DNA from: Kondoa subrosea
Lineage: Eukaryota
DNA: 64,000 nucleotides
Assembly: GCA_039545335.1 (NCBI GenBank)
Contig: BCIN01000003.1
Location: forward strand, 1,685,941-1,749,940
Direction of reading: 5' to 3'
How positions within the stretch are numbered: position 1 is the first letter of the stretch; the number at the start of each line of letters is the position of its first letter. The translations under genes were made by a program, and so were the position numbers. Below the pieces are notes generated by a model. The model was not told the DNA's origin. It was given only the letters and a program-made list of their open reading frames with translations, and ran no database searches. Shown piece after piece: positions 1 through 12,055 of this stretch.

Positions 1-161
1 GGGATCAAGATGACGATGATTCGACATTTGGTCAGCAATTGAGGTATGGCTCGTTCAATGTTGATACGAAATTATGAGAATACTGATGAATTTATAGAGC
101 GGCGTTGGCTAACCCTAATGGACCTACTACTGGAGGAGCAGCACCTATGCAGACATCTTAA
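1..161 (+). CDS. SEM1: 26S proteasome/TREX-2 subunit Sem1/DSS1, 3' end (truncated by window); intron 44-97
   Basis: Spliced translation (W)DQDDDDSTFGQQLRAALANPNGPTTGGAAPMQTS* matches the DSS1/Sem1 C-terminus pattern WDDDDxxDDFSxQLRAEL...METS; GT...AG intron with ctgat branch site. Confidence 0.75.
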
Positions 162-471
162 TCTGCGAGAGAAGTAGGAGTGGTGTATCTGCATTTCATT
201 GCATAACTTGATTGAACGCATGCTTTCGACCTTCGTAAGGGTTGATATTGCTAGACTAAGACGTTCTCTCCTTTATCTGTCTCTCTCTTTCTCTGAGTAT
301 TTCATGCGCGCGGATGAGGTCTACGCCATCTGTCTAATTTGCCTTTGTATGAGAGTTGAATGATCTTGCTCAACGAATCTTTCTGTCTATCACCAAGAAT
401 TCGATTAGTATCACAAAGGTGCGCAGTAACATGAAAAAGGGCATGAGTATTGCCTCGATTGAATATTAATC

Positions 472-1978
472 TCATGCTCGATAATACTTTGCATCAACAA
501 ACGGCATTCGAGTTACAACTCCTGCTCTGAGCTTCTTGCGTACTTCCACTCGAACCTGAGTATCTTTCTTGTGGTGACCAGTCTTGATATATCCCATTGC
601 AATATTCTGACCAGTAGTCGGTGAAGGTATACCTGATGTGATCACGCCTGAATACTGGTCAGCTGGCTTGATCTTTCTAGATCGAGAAACGCACCAATCT
701 CCTCTTGCCCTTCAGCATCAAAGACCTTTGCTCCTTCTCTAGCTGGACTTCCTTGCACCGTGAAGCCTACTCTCCTCTTCAACGGTCCTTTGCCCTTCTC
801 CAATTGTTCCAACACTTTTTCAGACCCAATAAAGCTACCCTGTGTTCTCCTATCTTTGCCTATGACCCAACTCAATCCAGCTTCTACAGGTGTAGTATCT
901 TCTGAGATATCATGACCGTAAAGACATAAACCCGCTTCGATTCTTAAAGAGTCTCTCGCAGCTAGACCAGCCAATTGGACATCCTTGTTATGCGATAGTA
1001 GTTTTTCCGCAAAGTTGATGGAAGAAGAAGCAGGTACAGCTATTTCCATCCCATCTTCTCCTGTATAACCTGATCGAGCTACATGGAGTGATTGATTATC
1101 GATGGAAAGGAAAGCGGATTGACCGAAATAGAGTTTAGATAGATCGCTTTGAGTGAATTCTTGTAGTATTGAAGCGGATTTAGGACCTTGTAATGCTAGA
1201 AGAGCGTGTTCTGAATCTACGGTAAATGTTACGGATAGTCCATGGGCTGAATTCCAGTCTGATAATTGTCGCTCGATCCAAGGTAAGTCTGCATCTCGCC
1301 TTCCAGCGTTAGTTACGAGATAGTATCTACATAATGTCAGCCTGCAGTACAAAATGAAAGACATTTAGCTCACTTATCAGCTTCTTGCCGAGTAATCATA
1401 AGATCGTCAATGATTCCACCGTGTTCATTCAATAACACGCTGAGGGTGGAAGAGAATTGATTGTCAGAGTATTGAAGACCGGAGACAGAAGAAGGTGTAA
1501 GCCAAGCGAGGAAATCCGTAGCTCCTTTGCCCTCAATTCTTGAAATAGCAGAACGAATTAGAATATCAAAAGGTCATAGCACTAAGTGAGCCTACCGACT
1601 TTGCACCATATGAGAAACATCAAATATAGATGCAGAGGTTCTCGTATGCTTATGCTCTTCAGCTGGTCGACCCAATTCCTATCAGCGTTTTGTTTTCGCA
1701 CATGCTGAAGACTCGCATACCTCCGCCTGATTGATAGTACAATGGCATCTCGTAACCTGCAAAGGGAGCGAACTAAGGCAAGCCGCAGAGCACTTCAGAC
1801 GAGTGGAACAAGAGTTGCTGATAGAGCGGCTCTAGCACACCTTGGCTCCTTGAGCTGCATGAAGCCTGTACAGCGGAGTCCGCGACAGGGAAGCAGAAGC
1901 ATAGTTTCGATATAGCAAGCTTGGAGACGAAGCGCGACCGAATGCGATATTGGCGCGGCAGCGCTGGAGAGATAGCAT
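472..1978 (-). CDS. GCV1: Glycine cleavage system T protein (aminomethyltransferase), mitochondrial; multi-exon
   Basis: Presequence-like MLSLQRCRANIAFGRASS..., RTPLYRLH, FAGYEMPLYY, IFDVSHM, ARSGYTGEDGMEI, GLAARDSLRIEAGLCLYGHDI, C-terminal MPFVDAKYYRA*. Confidence 0.95.
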
Positions 1979-2595
1979 CTTGTTCGCTATGGATCACCTC
2001 GCAAGCCCTGGGTATATTGCAAGCCTTTGGCTGCTGAAGAAAGAAGAAGACTCGAATGGATTCTGCAAGAAGGCTCAAAGCTGGACAGCTCGCTGGTTGC
2101 TTGTGACTTGAATGCTTGTTGTATATGTGGTATCAGTCTCGTTCTGTCTAGAGCCTTGGATCACGGCCTGCTTTGGGTTTCAAGTTGTGTCATGCTCTGC
2201 GAAATCCTGCAACCGATCCAGTTTCAGCCTGCTATCAGCTGCTTCCCTTTTAGAACAGTACTGCTCATTCCTGCTTTTCTTCGAGTTGTCACCATAGATT
2301 TTCCTTGCGTACAGGCTTACGTAATCATATCATTTCCACCGCCAATTACTACTGGCTTCATACTACTTCGTGTCAGTGGTAGCAACAAGCTGGCCTTTCA
2401 ATGTGAGCGATGCATCATCGTACGCATCATCTCCATCGTTTGATCGGCCCACTGACTCCGACTCATCTCCGCTCTTTAAATGACTTGTTGTTTCCAACGG
2501 CATCAGAAGTTCGCGATCACAAACAACTCATCTTTTCCTCTAATCATGTAAATCAAGTCCATTAGATGTATCAACATCATCACAAGCTCAGGAAG

Positions 2596-4111
2596 ATGGC
2601 CTTGTCGCCCGAAGAGATGGCAGAAATCTATGGAAACCCAGAAGTTGGTTATGATCCGTCCCTGGAGATGCAAGTTACTGTCATGCGCGATCGATACACT
2701 AGACAAATATTGGGTCCTATTGCAGTTGGTAATTGCTTGTAAGCCTGTTCAAGAGTGAAGGAAATCGCAAAACTCAAACATGATGTCCGACAGATATCTT
2801 TTATTGGTTGGCGGATGCTTGGCAGCTGGCGGATTGATATTTCTTCTGCGAGGACCGAAATTGTCAAAGACCAATCGGCTATCACTGGTCAGTCTTCTGG
2901 CAATGCATCTGGATCCTGATCTCACCCTTCCCTCGCAGCTGCTTGTCATCATCTTCAATGTCATATGCATCGCCTTCAGTTTCGAAGATATTTTCTACCT
3001 TATGACAAGCAATAATAGGGTAAGACTAGCTGCATTCTCCGTCGTTCGAATCCTCTGACTGATTTAAGTAATCAGACATATTTGGATCTCTATACCTTTA
3101 CTATACCTGAAGCTGTACGTGCATTTACTGTCGGTGTTTGTGCTATAGCTAATGCATTTACAGCTGCAATATTTGCCTGGAGGTGTACGTTGCTCAATTG
3201 AAGGAGCAGACCTTACTTACTGCCATCTCTCAGATCGTCGCCCTAGTTGTTCAGCTTTTCTTCATCCGCAGAGCAGCACTTTTCATGAAGACCAATCGAC
3301 TGGTAATTGGGACTCTGTATGCCGGAACGGGACTTTCTTTCGCTGCTGTTTGTTTCGTAACAATTGAAAATGGTAAGTCTCTTTCAATGATCGGATTGAG
3401 TCGTACCACTGACATATTAAGCAAGTGCTCACAACTTATGCTATCGGCCCAGAAAAATTACTATTAATTGCTAATCAACTCTGGCTATGGTCAACGGTAA
3501 GTGCATCCTGACGTATGCCAGTTATAGCTAAATCAGCTCTAGGCTGTGACGGATGTCGCTATCTCTGGTGTCATGGCTTGGAAATTGGCTTCCATGAAGA
3601 GCGGTTTCCGAATCCAAACAGATAATCTCATTGATCGACTTATTCGGATCGCTTTTGGTTCAGCTTTACCTACTGCACTCTTTGCTGTTTTCGCAGCAAT
3701 AGTCTACGTGAGTGCTTCTCTTACTACCGCTTGAGAAACCTTGATCCAACGAGTTGAATTAGGCGTCCACTTACAACAAATGGTACTTTGATCTGTACTA
3801 CGTCTTCATTATTCCACTTCCAGCGCTATACAGTATGAGTTTTCTGTTCGCTATCTCAGGCTATCACAAGGATCCTTCAACCAATAGTGGACAGAGTGCT
3901 TCTTCGCATACTGTACCGACGAAGAGAACCACTGGAACAGGTCCTAGAAGCGTTGTACGTATCTCTACTACAAAGGACTTCTCATTTGTGCTCAGACGGT
4001 CCTATACAGACTGCGGGAATCAAGATCGATTCAGTTACTATCAGCAAAACTGAGCGTGAACCTGTCAATGTGCGATTCTCAGATAAGGACGATCCGGGCG
4101 ATTGGTCATGA
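2596..4111 (+). CDS. Multi-pass membrane protein with DUF6534-like domain (fungal GPCR-like family); multi-exon
   Basis: ILGPIAVG N-terminal helix, several hydrophobic exons, TDVAISGVMAWKLASMKSGFRIQTDNLIDRLIRIAFGSALPTALFA matches the DUF6534 pattern; start and some junctions inferred. Confidence 0.7.
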
Positions 4112-4309
4112 AGCAAGAATGGCAAAGGTTGGGTACATGAGTGTACCACTTGGAATCGCTGGCTGCGTTGCTTCGAGACCCAGTACAAGACATGCTTCTC
4201 ATTATAACTTTGATCCCACATTCATAATGTCACAGTCTGAGCGGGCTCACGATTTGAGATGACAATGTTGTTCCTCAACAACGCTCTCATCCCTTATCTT
4301 GCAGCTGCG

Positions 4310-5812
4310 ATGGACCATGCAGGCACTAAGCTGACTCGGAAGGTACAGCACCCTATTTGCGGCTCTATGTGGAATAGCACAAGGCTGCCTCTGTCTCCAT
4401 TAGCGTTCATTCGACGATGATGGAGCGGATTCGGACTCGTCTTATGGTTCTGATCTGATCTCTCGCTCTCCTTCCCCTGTTGTTGAATCAAGTAGCAAGG
4501 GACCTGTAAAATGGTCCACTCAGCCTGTGGTCACTCAGAGTAGCTTGGATACTGCTATTTCGCATGGTATAGGTTTCAAATTGTCAGTGGAGATGAGCGT
4601 TGAACGGCAATAGTCCTTGAGTGCTCAGCGAATCTGACAGATTGCAACAAATGGGTTGGCAAGCTGGCAAAGGTTTAGGCAAAGATGGTCAAGGTCTCGA
4701 TCCTATATCTAAATACCGAATCTGGCTCAAGTACTCGCCTTGTCACACAGGTCGAGTGGATCCTATTCGTGCTCAAGCAGATGGAATCAAGCTTGGTTTG
4801 GGCAAATTTCAACGAGATATGACTATGCTGGATTCGACAACTTTAAATCAAAAGACAATGGCTAGTCTCAAGATGGCTAAAGAGTCGGATAGTGATAGAG
4901 CAACCAGAGAGGTGGGGTGAACAAAAGTCATCGCTGCTTTTCTAGCTAATTCATCAATCGAAAGGCTAAAGTTGCGCAACAACAAGCTGTAAAGGATGAA
5001 ATCTCGCAAACCCTCAAGGCTTTCTACTGTGAGATGTGCAATAAAGGTGAATCTGTCGCGTCTCTTGTGTATGTACACTGCTAAATGCAACGGATTTACA
5101 GGACCATATGCAAATATAGGGCTATACAATAATCATCTTGATTCGTATGATCATGCACACGTAAAGTGAGTCGCTTGTCATGGTCTAACTTTCAGGAAAT
5201 TCAATACGCCTCAGACGGACCAAAGCTCTGCAAGCCGCGAACAAGAAAGCAAAGCATGCAAGCGGTGAAATCGAGGCTCGAAAAGAGAGAGAACGCAAAC
5301 GAGAAGAGAAAGAGATACAACGTATGGCTGGCGGCAAACCAGGCATGAATTCTTCGACTCTGAACATGACTTCTTTACCTGTTGCATCAACAAGTGAAAT
5401 TAAAAGCGCGAAGAAGGGGTTTAAGAAAGCTGTTACTTCAAGAGAACAGAGTCCTATACCTACACCGATTGGATTTCCTGCTCCCTCTTCTTACGATGGT
5501 GTACCAATGTTTCCATTCCCAGATCCAATTTTCGCTCAACCACCTCCTCCACCGCCGCCTACCGAACGATTTCGACCTCCTTCTCCTCCTCCGCCTTCTG
5601 TTCCTCAAGCGCCAATCACTCAGTCACCTGTTTCTTCCATTCCGAGTCAGGGCTTCAAAAAGCTAGGTTTCAAACCGATTACAGCGGCCAAGAAAACTCA
5701 AGCAGTGACAATGGATATGGATGAAGATGATCTGGTATTACCTCAAACGACTGGTAAGGTGCAAGCTGGGAAAGGCATGAAAATGGGAAAGATTGCTTTC
5801 AAGCCTTTATAA
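4310..5812 (+). CDS. G-patch + C2H2 zinc-finger protein (GPATCH8-like RNA-processing factor) with Pro-rich C-terminus
   Basis: GIGFKLLQQMGWQAGKGLGKDGQGRVDPI...LGLGK (G-patch); FYCEMCNK...YNNHLDSYDHAH zinc finger; poly-Pro exon 5324-5812. Confidence 0.85.
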
Positions 5813-5979
5813 CACGCAAAGAAGGAGCTCGAGCAATGTAGGAAGCAAAAAAAAACGTACCAGGATGAGCGCTTGTACTATTTCAGGCATAATCCGTACC
5901 GTAGCGTAACTCACATATAAGTGACGCGACGGAAGACAAATTGGTCATCTCCCGGCGGCCGCTTGCTGTTCCTGCTCTG

Positions 5980-6735
5980 ATGTCCGATGTATGCTGGATT
6001 ACTTTCATACAGGCTGTGCTGCTTACCGACAGCTCTGATAGGATCCGGCAAAGACGTTTGTCAATATCAAATCCAATGGTCTGCAATGTGCTGCTCTGCT
6101 GCTCTGTGTATTTGGCTCACCGGGTTCGTTTTGCGGACAGATGGTTTCAATTTCCTCTTAACTTTACGAGCTGCTCGAGGCGCTACGGTGATGAAAGATG
6201 CATGTATGGCTCGTCCTCTCTTCAAGTCAATGAGGCTCAGAACATGTCTCAGTTGATTCCGGGATGGAGGAAGAGCAGAGCAGAGAGTTTGCTGCTGACT
6301 ATCCGTACGTTCTTTCGCCCCTGCGAAGACTGATCAGTCTGACCTGTCTAAGCTATGCAGATCGAATGTTGGTGCGTTTGACCGCTTTGCAGACATGAGC
6401 ATGTCTCATAAAGTCCAAAAACGTACAGTCGAGAAGGTTGTCGAATACTTGGTTTACAAAGACTTCCACCTAAACGAATGTAAAGCTGAACAAGTGGTAA
6501 TGTTCTGCTTGCTCTTGCCATGACACCTCTCCTCATATCTACCTGTACCAGCCTGATTTTGCTGATAAGATACCTGTTGAGATGGTACTGGAATTGTCAG
6601 TTTTCGAACTTGAATCTTCAGATGTGCTGAATATTCAAGGTCCGGGCTTTGACAGGTTGATGGCTGCTGATTTTCTGGGATGTGAGCAGCGGAGTCACTT
6701 TGCCTTAATGTGCACTGAGCGCTTCCGCAGGCTGA
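5980..6735 (+). CDS. ELC1: Elongin C (Skp1/POZ fold); 8 exons, not recovered as a gene by the ORF track
   Basis: Manual splice gives MSDDPAKTFVNIKSNDGFNFLLTLRAARGATVMKDAFDSGMEEEQSREFAADYPSNVVEKVVEYLVYKDFHLNECKAEQVPDFADKIPVEMVLELLMAADFLGC*; SxDGF, EKVVEY and LELLMAADFL are Elongin C signatures. Confidence 0.88.
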
Positions 6736-7023
6736 TGTTGGGAGCATTGATGCTTATACTGTACGACCGACTGCGCAATCATTGCTTGAATACTCTGAAG
6801 GTCAGCATTCGGCAATGTAAGTGTCTGGAAGCTCCGTTCTGCTCAGGCTCATATCGTGCGTAAAATCACAGAGCAACTGACACGTATCGAAGTCATGCAG
6901 GTGTATAATTTGAGAGGATCTGCTGGAAATGAACTGGCTTGATGATGCTACATGCTGTTGTAAATATGCAATGATATGCCATACAAAATATAGTACAATG
7001 CTCCTTCCGCCACCAAAAGCACA

Positions 7024-10000
7024 TTACAAATACAACCTGAACAAATCGAGATGTTAGCTAAGTCAAGGTTGACAATCGATAAGACATACGAAGGATTCTG
7101 CACGAGTGAAGTCCATCAGTACTGTAGCATCTAAGAGAATAGATAGCACTCACAAAGACAACACTAGAAGGTCTTTCGAGACAAGCCAGAGCTGTACCGC
7201 GGAGTCAGAGATTCGCAAGCTAGAGAAAGCTGTAGACTTACACTTGATGAACTTCTCCTCAAGCTCGGCGTTACCTATGGCTTTTGCAGCCATTGCCATT
7301 TGTCGTATCAATTCTTGTAATCGTCTGAATGTTCGGATCAGCGAGCCTTCGAAGACATCGGTCATCTACAACATGATGAGCTCGTAATCTCATCAAGTAA
7401 GTAGCACATACTTTGCAGATCTCGGAGAACTTGGCGCCTTTGCACCATGCATAGACAGCTTCAATTAGCTCGGTCTTGAATGAAGCAACGTATTCCGCTT
7501 CGTCGATCTTCAATTTTGCTTCTTGACAGACTTTGGCTATCCGTCTAGCTGCTTCTTGCATTGTTCGTATCGGCGCTTCGAGCTCTTTCTTGATTTTGCC
7601 CGCAGCATCCGTCTGTTTCATAGTCAGACAGCCTCTGGCTATCTCGTGGAGCACGCACCTTCTCGTCAAAGACAAAGCAACTCAGCAGAGCGGCACATTG
7701 TTCGGGATCCAGATCGTTGAAGACACCATTGAAGACCATTTCGGTCAGAAGCAGCTCGTCGCCCGTACTGATTTCGCATGCTACTCTTCCTTTTGTGTCG
7801 ACCACATCGTCAGAATCACAGAAACCAAGACGTCTGAGCACTCGTTTTCGATGTTTGAGTTCTTCGAGGTGTAAAACGCTATGTGCAGCAGATATTTTCT
7901 TCTTGACTTCTTTTGCTTTCGAAGAGATATCCATCTTGTGAGCATATTGATCATAGCGAGCAGGTAGATCAGGTGAGCTGGATATCGAGCTACTAGCCAT
8001 TTTAGTTTCGAGTGATTCGATTTTCTGACCAATAATATCAGTCACAAACCGAAACAATGAAAGCTAGCTTACCCTTAGTAACTTCTTGAAGTCATCATCA
8101 GTGATACCCATGTTGTCGACTGGATCGAGTAGAGCAATGCCATCGGGGAAACGTCGCTTGACTTCTTGAACACTCTTGAGCGCCTGATTACGAGCCTCAA
8201 TGCCCTTGATGTCTTTTGGTAAGAATATTCGAATATGACTGATGCCTTCAATAGTCGACAGTAGTACAGGTAAGACTGCAAATTCGCCCTTTTCGGCAGA
8301 TGGGCAAGGCTGTATCCCGGTCTGGAAATTGGACGCTTGACCTTTGCCTGGTTTTTGAGCTGGAGCAGTGCCCTGAGCAATGTGCAGCAGAACATCGACG
8401 ACGTATTGTGATTGTGCTGGTTCATCAGCCGGCAGAGGTTTGCCCTAACGCAGAAATAAGCAAAGCTACGATGCTGGCAGAATGTAACTCACTCTAGGAC
8501 CTAGACGCTTCTGATAGTTTACTACAACGCCCCAACCAAAATCTTGATCGCCATGTTTCACATGGACAAGTCGACCAGGTTGCAAGAAAGGTAAAGCATA
8601 AGTTGGGTGGTTGAGAACGTCGCGAAGATCTTTCGCAAGTATGTCCAGCTGTTGACGAATATTGTAGTATTCAGCGATCGTCTCTTCATCTTCAATCTTG
8701 ACCGCATCTCGATCGATTTCAAGCTGCTTGAGTTCTGTGTACCATCACATACACTCAGCCTTTGACAAAGCAGAGAGAAGCAACGGCTCACGCTTCTCGT
8801 ATTGAGGCATGCTAGAAGTGCTTTGGAATTGGTGGAAGCAATGCTCTAGCATAAATTCAGGGCTGATGCCTTCCACTCGCATCAGATTAAGGATCATGTT
8901 GTACCCCAGGTGGAAAGCAGAGTCCAGTCGGTCCGTTTCTCCTTTGACCATAGCTTTAGCTGAAGAAGGTTCGAGCTTTTCGTCCACCATCATGACAACA
9001 ATACCACGATCATCAAGACCACGTCGACCTGCTCGACCAGACATCTGGATGTATTCACCACCAGAGAGAACACGTAGAGAAGTTCCATCAAACTAGATGC
9101 CAGAATGTCAACCAGATGTCAAATGAAAGAGGTGAATGCTCACCTTTCTCACGTTTGCGAAAACAACGGTCTTGGCGGGCATATTGAGACCCTAGGGATA
9201 TGTTAGCATACATACGCACAGTTCACAAGACTCAGACTCACAATCGAGAAGGTCTCCGTTGCGCAAAGACATTTGATTAGACCTTCTTGGAAAAGAATTT
9301 CTATGACCTGTACGATCAAGAGAGTATCAATGAGCAGAGACTCATGTCGTCACTCTATTACCGCACCTCCTTGAGAATCGGCAGTAATCCACCATGATGT
9401 ATCCCGATCCCTCGTCTCAGCAAAGGTAGAATATGTTCAATCTGAGGTAATTTCCTATCATCATCCGATAAAGCGCTTATAGCATTGTTGAAAACGCTTC
9501 CAACCATTTCTTGCTCTTCTTCAGTGTTGAAATCCAATTTCGACATTTGCAAAGCTAAAGCTTCACATTCTCTTTTGGAGAAAGCGAAAACAATGACCGG
9601 GGAATAATTCTTGACCATAATCATCTTGACAATCTTGTAAATATCCGAAGGGCCTGTCGGATGAACAATGTAGGTTTAAGCAATCTGAAATGCTTAAACG
9701 GGGAAGATTCACCGACCTTTAGTTCCACCTTTCTTAGATTTCCCTTTCCTACCTTTCCCACCAGCTTTGGGATCAGCAGGATCTTCACCTTTACCCTCCC
9801 CTAAAGCTCCCATAGCTTTCTGGAAATTATCTTCCCTAAAACTACCCTTTTCATCAACAACTAAATGAATTCCATCACCACCAGCAGGGAAAAGGTAATG
9901 TTGTAAAGGAGTAGGACGAAAATCAGTATAAACTACATGAACTGGTTGATCGTGAAGTTTGCAAATCCATTCGGCGAATTCCATTGCGTTTGGAATAGTT

Positions 10001-11087
10001 GCTGAAAGGAAAACGTAGCGGACTGTATCTGGTAATAAGATGATGGTTTCTTCCCAAACTACACCACGTTCTGTTCGATGAAACAAAGGAGCCCATCAGC
10101 CAAAGCTGAAGGGATTCGTTCAACACGAACCTTTATCTCTCATGTAGTGAATCTCATCGAAGACTACCCAAGCTACTTCTCGCATAATCTCAGAACCGCG
10201 ATAAAGCATAGATCGAAGAATCTATTCGCCTCGAATAAATGAGCATGAAACGAAATAGGTGAGTAAAAGTCAAAAATTCACCTCTGTAGTCATGACCAAA
10301 CAAGAAGCAGTAGGGTTGATGGTCACATCTCCAGTCATTAAACCGACATCCCCAAATTCAGCCAACATTTCTCTATATTTCTGATTTGACAAAGCCTGTT
10401 CGTTGAATGCAACTAACTAAGTCTCATATGAGACAAACTAGCTGTGTAACGAACCTTGATAGGACTTGTATAAATTACTCTTTGTTTTCGTTCGAGACAT
10501 TGAGCTATAGCGTATTCTGCTACTACTGTCTTTCCAGCTGAAGTATGCGCTGATACCAAAACACTTTCATTGCCTGTTCACCAAGAATATAAATCGTAAG
10601 CAACACTTAGTTGCGTACGACCGGAACTCAACGAACGTTGTATGGAAGCAACAGAAACTTGTTGAAAGGGATCCAAAGTAAAAGGGTAAACTCTTGATGG
10701 TTTTTCAGGTGGGACATGTTGAGCGATAGAAACGTAATCGTAACCAACAGGTAAAGCTACTTGATGTCTGACCGCATGAGACAAAGTAACTTGACCTGAA
10801 GATTCAGCTGCATCTGCATTTGTTGCTGTTGATCCTCCTCCTAAACCTTTTGAAGCTACTACTTCTCTTTTTGCTTCTTGTTCAAATGTATCTGCTACAA
10901 TCGGTTGTCTGCTGCTAGTCTCTTCTTCTAAAGTGGGAGATGATACTTTGCGTTTTTTAGCTGGAGGAGATTCTTCAACTTGTTCTGAAATTTCATGTTT
11001 CACTGGAATCACGCCAGTAGGAGCAGAAGAAGTGGAAGCTTTAGGTGCTTTGCCCTTCTTGTCGAACACATCGAACAGGTCGTCCAT
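7024..11087 (-). CDS. MTR4: Ski2-like DExH RNA helicase Mtr4/Dob1 (exosome cofactor); many introns
   Basis: [88 protein letters not shown], ends SLYL*. Confidence 0.96.
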
Positions 11088-11231
11088 GTTTGACTATTAT
11101 TATTTAGTGGGATTTCTGCCAGCAACAAAATGGGTAATTTTGTAAGTTTTAGAAAATGGAATGATGACGGAATCGGGACTCTCTCCCTGTTCTCTCTTTC
11201 TTCCGCAACAAGCACCTTATCAACGCACGCA

Positions 11232-11947
11232 ATGGCTGATATTCAAGCAATCGTAGATGGTGTAAGCCTCTAAAGCTAGATCAATTGCAGATCCTGAACT
11301 GATACTCATTTCTCGCTCAGTCCATCGAAAAGCAGTGCGGTTTCTATTTCTGCTCCACTCTGGAACACCCGCTGATCTAGCTATGCGCAGCTTCATTATG
11401 GTCTAGTAAGCTCATTATCAATCTCGTCCCGATATAACGCTGATCTTCTTACCGCCAAAAGCTCAAAGGTACGGTTTGATTACTAAAAACACATCATTGG
11501 CCAATGACTAAGGCTATGCAAGTGTAGTCCTACTGCCCTTGTCAGTGTAAATCCAAGCTTGAATTCGAGAGAGATCCTGAATTGTCATTTGTTGAGACAG
11601 ACTGCAAGCAAACCAAGAAGTTGTTGGACTCGCTTGATTTGACTGGTGATCAGAAACCATTTTACATTGAATTGTACGTTTCATCTCTTGCTCCAATTAT
11701 ATGCGGTATACTGAATTGTTGGGTTGACAGAGATGAAGTCGATAACGGCGATGAGCAACAAGACTACTTGCAGAAGAAGACTGGTCAACGTACCGTTCCT
11801 AGCGTCTTGTGAGTCTGCTCATTGATCAGATGGTTGTGAAAATACTCAGAGAGACGGGGCAGCATCAACAAGAAACATATTGGAGGCAACTCCGATTTGC
11901 AAGCTTTGTCCAAATCTGGTGAACTCAAGAAGATGATTGCAGCTTAA
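11232..11947 (+). CDS. Dithiol glutaredoxin (CPYC); 8 exons
   Basis: Manual splice: MADIQAIVDGSIEKHFIMVYSKSYCPYCKQTKKLL...IELDEVDNG...[25 protein letters not shown]. Confidence 0.92.
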
Positions 11948-12055
11948 GATTACAATGGAGTTCTGTATGGAATTAAAGTAAACCAAACTGTGCTTTTAAT
12001 TGCTGCGCTCCTTGACCGCAATTTCTGCTGATTACGATTGATCTCGCCGCACTCC

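Noticed and set aside
2027..2443. 138-aa ORF between GCV1 and the DUF6534-like gene
   Set aside because: Non-ATG start, no recognisable motif, lies in a divergent promoter/UTR region
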